Source: Verrucomicrobiota bacterium
GTDB taxonomy: Bacteria; Verrucomicrobiota; Verrucomicrobiia; Opitutales; Coraliomargaritaceae
Reading direction: 5' to 3'
Length of the DNA: 10,078 bases
NCBI GenBank assembly: GCA_039815375.1
Contig: JBCBZJ010000047.1
Location: forward strand, 1 to 10,078
The notes below the pieces were generated by a model. That model was not told where the DNA came from. It saw only the letters and a program-made list of their open reading frames with translations, and did not search any database. Shown piece after piece: positions 1 through 6,900 of this stretch; within the stretch, counting starts at the first letter, position 1, and every line of letters begins with the position of its first letter. Both the position numbers and the translations under genes were made by a program.

Positions 1-272
1 AATTAAAGCTCTTCATTGACTTGTGGGAGTGGACATCGGTTAACAGGGACAGCACATTTGAGGAGGGGTTTGTGTTGGGTGTCTGAGTTAACTTTCCTTC
101 CCTAGAATATCGCCACTTCGAGATCTCAGAGAAATTTATGCCGTTGAGCGACTGGGTAAATCCAACCGCTCTGCTAAATGGATCGAGTAGCAAGAAGACA
201 GGTAAAGAAGGGTTCATCCGCAAGAAGCTGTTGCAAGCGCTTCATCTAAATTGGCATCACTGGAACACATGC

Positions 273-322
273 TAATGGTTGGCTTGTGTGTTCATTTTAA
301 TGGTTGGCTTGTGTGTTAATTT
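273..322 (+). repeat. Tandem 25-bp direct repeat, 2 copies
   Basis: TAATGGTTGGCTTGTGTGTTCATTT (273-297) then TAATGGTTGGCTTGTGTGTTAATTT (298-322), 24/25 identical. Confidence 0.9.
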
Positions 323-347
323 AGAGGCGGATTCGATGCACGCGGTA

Positions 348-423
348 GCGGAGCCCAAGAGAGCGAAGCCGGAAGATCGCAATGCGATCTGTGAGGCGAA
401 GCGAACGGCTTTGCGTAACGCTC
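348..423 (+). repeat. Nested hairpin cluster (REP-like or ssDNA-structured element)
   Basis: GAGCG(361-365)/CGCTC(419-423), AAGCCG(366-371)/CGGCTT(406-411), AGATCGC-AAT-GCGATCT(374-390), and GC-GNA-GC mini-hairpins at 348-354, 363-369 and 396-402. Confidence 0.6.
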
Positions 424-433
424 AAGGATTAGG

Positions 434-470
434 ATGTTTAAATTCTATGTTTGACCCGTTTTCTGACCCT
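434..470. other. Paired TGACCC / ATGTTT motif just after the immunity stop; candidate cassette-boundary site
   Basis: TGACCC at 452-457 and 464-469; ATGTTT at 434-439 and 447-452. Minus strand reads AGGGTCAGAAAACGGGTCAAACATAGAATTTAAACAT, starting 6 nt after the stop. Confidence 0.4.
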
Positions 471-475
471 AGCTT

Positions 476-934
476 TCAGTCCTCTGACTTAAAATTTACC
501 ACCCTTAACATATATACGCCATGCTCTTCATTTACAAGACCATCGGCCTCAACAAGAGCATCTCCTGTATGTAGCTGGATATAATCATAAGCCAAACTAT
601 AATCAAAAGGAAGCGAGTATGACGATTCCTCGAAATGAATCATCATATCCCAACTCGTCCCAGGCTCTATTTCTATGTTGTTGAGCGTCACAGCTACCTT
701 AGATTCGTTCAGCTCAAAAAACGACTGATCTCCGAGATAGATCACATAGGTTCGGCTGCGCAATGAATCCTTCATGTAGTAGTCGAAAGGACCTTCAGGA
801 AAAGAAAGATTTCCAAACGACATCCCTGACACTTCGTCTACATTAAATTTCTTGTCATAGTTACTACAACCAACGCAAAAACCGATAAGAAAGAATCCAA
901 CAATTGAAGAGACACCCTTTGAAAAAACAGCCAT
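476..934 (-). CDS. Putative cognate immunity protein, 152 aa, probable lipoprotein or exported protein
   Basis: The ATG at 934 overlaps the RHS TGA stop (TGATG) and has GAGGAAGGAG 10 nt upstream, so it is preferred over the ORF-track start at 985. N-terminus MAVFSKGVSSIVGFFLIGFCVGC is a hydrophobic stretch ending in a lipobox-like Cys23. AT-rich like the toxin tip. Immunity function is inferred from position. Confidence 0.8.
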   Translation of the reverse strand: MAVFSKGVSSIVGFFLIGFCVGCSNYDKKFNVDEVSGMSFGNLSFPEGPFDYYMKDSLRSRTYVIYLGDQSFFELNESKVAVTLNNIEIEPGTSWDMMIHFEESSYSLPFDYSLAYDYIQLHTGDALVEADGLVNEEHGVYMLRVVNFKSED

Positions 935-3900
935 CAAAAGAGCGCTCCTTCCTCTATGGTCCAATTGACTTCTATGTTGAACCATACTCGTGAATCGGAA
1001 GTAAGGTCCGCATATATCTGCTCTAGCAAGATATCGCTATTTTCATTCGGATCAATACGGTCAGACCAAACCATATTCAGCTCATCTACGTAAACATTGT
1101 TTGGACTCGTGCTTTCGTCGATACAAACCCGACCAGTTGCATAAACATCCGGTGCTGCACCATTAAGCCAAGATCCTGTTCCTGTCGGAAAAAAATCGTC
1201 TCTTTGATAGGTAAAGTTTCCTCCCGTTCGTCGATGTGCCCTTAAACCAAGATTACTAAGATAGATCCACCCACTTAGATCATTAGTCTCTGAATATTTG
1301 CTTATCGCATTAAGAATTTGGCCATCCAGATAAGGCGACATCTCATCTTCGTCATCGTTAAACGAATAAAGATCATTAGGATTAAGCGTATGGCGTAACC
1401 ACCAAAAACCATTCACATAAATCCGAGACGCTAGCGTCCCACTAATTTTAGTAGCTAGTTTTATTTCACCCAAAACGTCGCTGTGGTTCACCAAATCATT
1501 TCCAACCATGCAGTAGAGATTCAAACCACCCTGCTCTTCAATCGGATCCCTCGATGGCCATCTACCCGTTTCGGGATCGTAGTATCTATAGCCGTAGTAG
1601 TAAAACTCGATATCATCGACGAGCGGCTTAGTGCTAAAGCCGTATTCTCCGACGAGTATTCCGGAGATGACATTGCCGAAGGGGTCGTATTCCACGGCCA
1701 TAGAGGCAACGCCCGAGCTATTGAGCTTCTGGACGATGTTGCCGTTAGCGTCGTAAGTGGCATAGAGGTTACCCTCTTTCAGCAGTCCACCGACGCCGCC
1801 GGCGCCCTGCATGGTGCCACTTAGGTCGAGACCCCAAAGATTTTTTGAAGACAGGGAACCGTTGACATACTTGGCAATGCGGTTCCAGCCGTCATAGACG
1901 TAAACTTCGACATCAGTGCCGTCATCCTTTTTGACGAGGCGGCCCATGTAGTCGTAAGTGAAGGTGGCTCCGCCAGCTGTGCGTAGACGGTTCTCGCCGT
2001 TCCAAGTGTAGCTACCTGCTTCATCGGAAGTTTGATTGCCATCAAGATCATATGTTGGTGTTTGATATCTTGGGCGCTCAGCAATAATTGCGTTAGTATC
2101 ATCGATCAAACTCTGAGGTGTCCCAGGATTGAAAGCTGGAATCTGATAATCCAGAGAATCATACTGATTGAGCGCATTACTTGAGTAAAACTGTGTCACT
2201 AAACCTAGCCGATGGGAGAGGCGATTTCCTATCTCATCATAAGTAAAGCTCTGATCATAAAAGCCGCTAGACTCAGTGTCGTTACTCGAAGCGGTGACCT
2301 GGCCGAGATAATCGTAAGTAAACGTATCCTTGGTGGTGGCGGTAAAGGCGGTGCCGCTCTGCTCGCGGTCGGCTCGCTGACCGAGGGCGTTATAGGTGTA
2401 GCTGTAGTTGCTCACTACCGTGGCTGTGCCGACGGTCTCTTTATTTTCGATGCCAGTCATGGCGTTGCGCCCCGGTTCATAGGAATAAGTTGCAGTATGA
2501 ACGGGACCCGTAACGCTGGCAAGAAGATTCACGGTATCGGCCAGATAGCCATAAGTGAAGGTGTCGCTGCCGTCGGCGACGGTTGCGAGGCGGCCCGCAG
2601 CGTCGTAGGTGTAATCGGCAGATTGCACAGATGATGCAGATACAGATAGGTCATAGCCCTTGCTACGCCCGATGAGACCATTCGTCTCGGTGCCGTCCTC
2701 GTAGCTGCGGGCCAGCACCACATCGCTGCCGAGCAGGCCGGTCATGGTCTCGGTCTCGATCTGGAAGCGGGCGTTGTATGCGTAGTCCGTGCTGCGGTCC
2801 GTCGTATTGAGTGAGGGGGCCAGTGCGGGTGTGAAGACCTGACCGGCAGTAAAGGCGGCAACGGCGTAGCTGCCCTCGCCCACCACATCCTGCTGGCCGG
2901 TTCGGGTGTAGCTATAGTGCAGATCCGGTGTGGCGCCGGCATCGTCGTAGTCGGCAGCGAGCAGCTCACCGGCGCTGTTATAGGCGTAATTGGTGGCCAG
3001 GCCGCGGGCCCAGGTGCGGGAGGCCAGTCGGCCGCCGGGGGTGTAGGTGTAGTCGATAGCTCCGGCGGTGGCCGGACTACCGGTGGCAGCGTCCGGATAT
3101 TCCTTGCGGCTGAGCCAGCCGCGCTGGCTGTCGTAGATCCAGGTGGTTACGGCTGAACCACTCAGGCCCGTGCCGGTCGTCTCGTCAAAGTCCTGCCAGG
3201 TAGTGAGGGTGGCCTGGCGGCCGGCATAGTCGTAGGTGTATTCGACCGGGTTCTGGAGGGAGCCGTAGGTCTTGGTCAGCTGGTTCTTTTGATTGTAAAC
3301 CGTGTAGGTGCTGGTGGCGTCGGGGTGGATGACCTGAGTCTGGCGGCCCATCACGTCGTAAAGGTACTGGGTGAGCAAGGTGCCGAGCGAACCGGCGCCG
3401 TCTGGATCGGGGGCGGTGGTCGATTCGAGGGCGTCGTTGTCGTAGTAGGCCAAGGTAGTGGTGCCGGTGCGGGAGTCGGTAATCGTGCTCTGGCGGCCGA
3501 GATTGTCGTAAGTGATACCGTTGGACGCCAGCAGCACGCCTGCACTGTCGTAGCTGGCCGTGCCGCTCATACGCCCGTCAGTGTAGGTCTGAATGGTGTA
3601 ACTGCCGTCGGGCTGCGTGGTGGTGATGGTCCAGTCGCCGTCGGCGGGAACCGATTGAACGGTGTGCGTGACCTGCTCGAAGCGCTGGCTCCAGCTTTCG
3701 CGGCCGTCGAGGCTGCGGTCTTGGATGGAAGTGACAACCAGTCCGGAGTCCGTCCAGACCGCCGTCTGCACACGCTCGACGGTCTCGCCATCGCGGGTGG
3801 CGAGCAGGATCTCGGTCTCGGTCACACGGTCCGGGTCGGCAGCGCCGACCCCGATCACATCGTCCTGATCCAGATCGATAGCGGTGCGGTAGCGCTCGCC

Positions 3901-6900
3901 CTCGGCGTTGTAGGCGAAGAGAGTGACAATGCCGTCGGGATCAACTGATTTTTCGACGCGGCCCCGGGAATCGTAGAAGTTTTCGGCAAAGCTGCTATCG
4001 GCGAAGAGGGTTTTAACACTGCGGCCCATTTCAGAGTGGGTTTCAGTCCACTCTGCAGTGTCGCTGTAGTTGGTGGAGAGCAACGGATCAGTCGCTCCCG
4101 TATTATAGACGAGCGGAATTTGGCGCTCGGTCAGCAAATTACCGGAAGAACCGTAGACCATGCGCGCTCCGTTGGTGGCCGATCCGTATTGCCGAAGCAG
4201 GCTGCCATCGGCTGCAGTTTCACTAATGTTGATACCTCCGTCCTCATAGGTCATGGTGCGGCGCTCGCCCATGCCGACCGTGTCCCCTGCCCCGTCCGTG
4301 CCAGTGAGGATTTCATGGGCGTAGCTAGTGGTGGCATAGGTCGGGCTACCGGTGGCGGCAATCAGGCTGGACTGGCTGAGCATTTCACCGTCGAGGCCGT
4401 AAGTGGAGGTGCTGAGGGTGACGGCATTTTCGGGCTGACCTTCCGGATAGCGCTTGGTGGCCACGACGCGGCCCTCGGCATCGTAGACATTTTCAGTCGT
4501 CACACCGAGGCGGGTGGTGGTGAGGCGGCGATCCAGGCCGTCGTAGGTGTAGTAGGTGGTGATGCCGCTGCGGTCCGTCTCGCTAATCAGACCACAACAG
4601 TCATACACCTTCGACATGGTGTAGAGGAAGTTGCCGTTCTCATCGTAATGTGTCGTCTCAAGAACACGGTTCAACGGATCGATATCGGTGGCGAGCCATG
4701 AGGAAACCAGCTCTTCGGTATTTTCTGTAAGCACACTGTAGTTCTCCTCTCTGGTGACGACATCACCGTAGAGGCGGGTCCAGCGGACGGTCTTGGTGCC
4801 TTCGACGACACCGTCGTCCGAAGCATTCGGGATACCGGACAGAGTGGTCGTCTTGAGTGCAAGGTTCTGTTCATAGCCCACATCGAGCGGATTCAATTCA
4901 TCGGAGTAGTCGTAAAGGGTCAGGTTTTCGACGTCAACCTGCGCGCCGCTACCGGTCATGTAGCCACGGATCGTTTCATCCATGCGATAATCCGGCAAAC
5001 GCTTGCTGACACTGACCCGGTTACCGGCGGCGTTCCAGGAATCGCCCGCGTCCGTCGCCTGAATCGACCATTGGGTCAATTCGGCACCATTTCCGCTTTC
5101 TTCTCTAAAGGTATAGGACCGGCTCGTCTCGATACCCAGCACCGTCGTGACCATGCTTTCATAGAAGACGACATTCGGTAGTGCGGACAACAAGTCCTGG
5201 GGGATTTCGTAATTGTAGCTCGTAACCCTGGAATTCTGCTCATCGGCAAAGGTCGAATTTACATACTGCGAAACTCTTTTGGAAATACGTCCGTCTTCCA
5301 GATAGTCATAGGTTTGCCAATTGCCATTCGGGTCGATCCGGCTCCGCAGGAATCCGACAGGGGCTGCTCCAGACCCTTCCAGAGGCTCGGGCGTGTAAGT
5401 ATACGAGGTCGTGTCGGCCTCGCCATCCGGGTCGAGAATGCGGGTAAGCAGGCGGCGACCGATGTTGTCGTATTCAAAGACAGTGATCTCTTTTGAAGTG
5501 ACGATATCGATCGAGCCATCCGCATCCAGGTCCTGACCCACCGTCATGGTGCGGGTTTCCACGGTTCGGTTCTCGTTCCAGACGGACTCGGCCGATTCCA
5601 CGCTCAGACCGCCGGCGCGGGACAAAGACCAGTCTCCAGCAGCGGCATTCCAGAGGTAATCCAGGTAGACCGAGTAGGCACCGCCGTTTGACCTCGAGAT
5701 CGTCAGCTGCTCGCCGTCGCCGGCAGGATCCTCGAATCGATAGCTGATGTATCGTTCCGACGCGGCAGTCGGCAGATCGTAGAGTGTGCCGGTCTTGGTT
5801 GAAACCGAGGAAGCGAAATACAAATCCAGGTCGTAGCCATTGCCCTGTTCAACAACATCCAGAAGAAAGTTCCCACCCAGGACCTGCTTCACGGCTCGGT
5901 AGCTCACCCAGGGTGAGGTAAAATGCCCGGATTCTTCTGCTTCCTGATACAGGACGACTGCATTTTCAGTAGCCAGGCCACCGAGCTCTACGGGATTCGG
6001 ATTGAAAGTGGGATCCTGGGTAAGGAACAGGGCATCCAGTCTGGTGCCACGCTCTCTCCAGGTTAAACGAAGTGAGTAGTCCTGAACGATATCGACGGCG
6101 TAGGGATAACGGTGCCAAATCCAGTCCTGATCGGATGACTGCACCCCCTGGGTATTTACATCATGCTCCAATGTCCACAATTCGTCTTCATCGTAGCTAC
6201 TGAACCATAGGCTATCCGGCTCGGTTAATGACAGGGGTGCACGAACCCAAAGATAATAATCGCCTTCCGAGAGACCGGCGGTAGGCATGCGAACGAAATT
6301 TGAGCTCTCCTTGGCGGCATTTCGTAGAGATGCTTCCTCAATGGTAATACCGAGAGGATTGGCAGACGGAGTAAACGGGGCTTGAGGCAGGACCGATTCG
6401 GCTTCCAGAAATACCGAGCTCAGCTCAAGTCCTGCCGGCGCGAAAGCCACATCCTGCGTGAGTATGACACGGTCGATCTCGACACCGGAACCGTCGAAGT
6501 CGAATTGCAGAGTCTGGGCACCGGCGGCAAGTTGGAGCAGGCTACCGCTCAATTCGATCCATGACCAATCGGTCGCCTGAGGGAGCGACCACAAGATCGG
6601 ACTGGATGCATTTAAGACAATTTCGACGCCCGGGCTTTGTGCCTCGACGCGTGCGCGGACAAAAAGACGGTAGTTGCCCTCGTGCCCGTTGTTAACGACC
6701 AAATTATAAGTCGCGGCACCGGTCGTAGCCGTCGTCGTAAAACCTGTGGACGCATCCAGATAGGAGGCATCGCCGGTGCTTACGGGGTCTCCTGTATCGA
6801 CCGCACTGACATCGCCGGTTAAATCGGCGACCTCTGCTTCAAACTCAAAGTATCCGGCGGCCTGCGATTCCAGCGAACCCTGCTCGGAGAACAGGAAACG

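Noticed and set aside
1..217. Minus-strand frame open from ATG 217 to the window edge (MNPSLPVFLLLDPF...)
   Set aside because: Only ~72 codons visible, no clear RBS or motif, and it does not look like an orphan rhs core fragment. It cannot be supported without flanking sequence.
273..322. Possible CRISPR repeats
   Set aside because: Only two directly adjacent copies with no spacer and no cas genes.
340..425. tRNA or intrinsic terminator
   Set aside because: No T-loop or D-loop consensus and no CCA end. No adequate U-tract follows the stems on either strand.
279..584. 101-aa plus-strand ORF
   Set aside because: TTG start inside the tandem repeat, runs through the hairpin cluster and overlaps the immunity gene antisense; no protein-like features.
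935..985. Longer immunity start at 985 given by the ORF track
   Set aside because: The ATG at 934 has an SD-like site, stop-start coupling and puts the signal peptide at the N-terminus.
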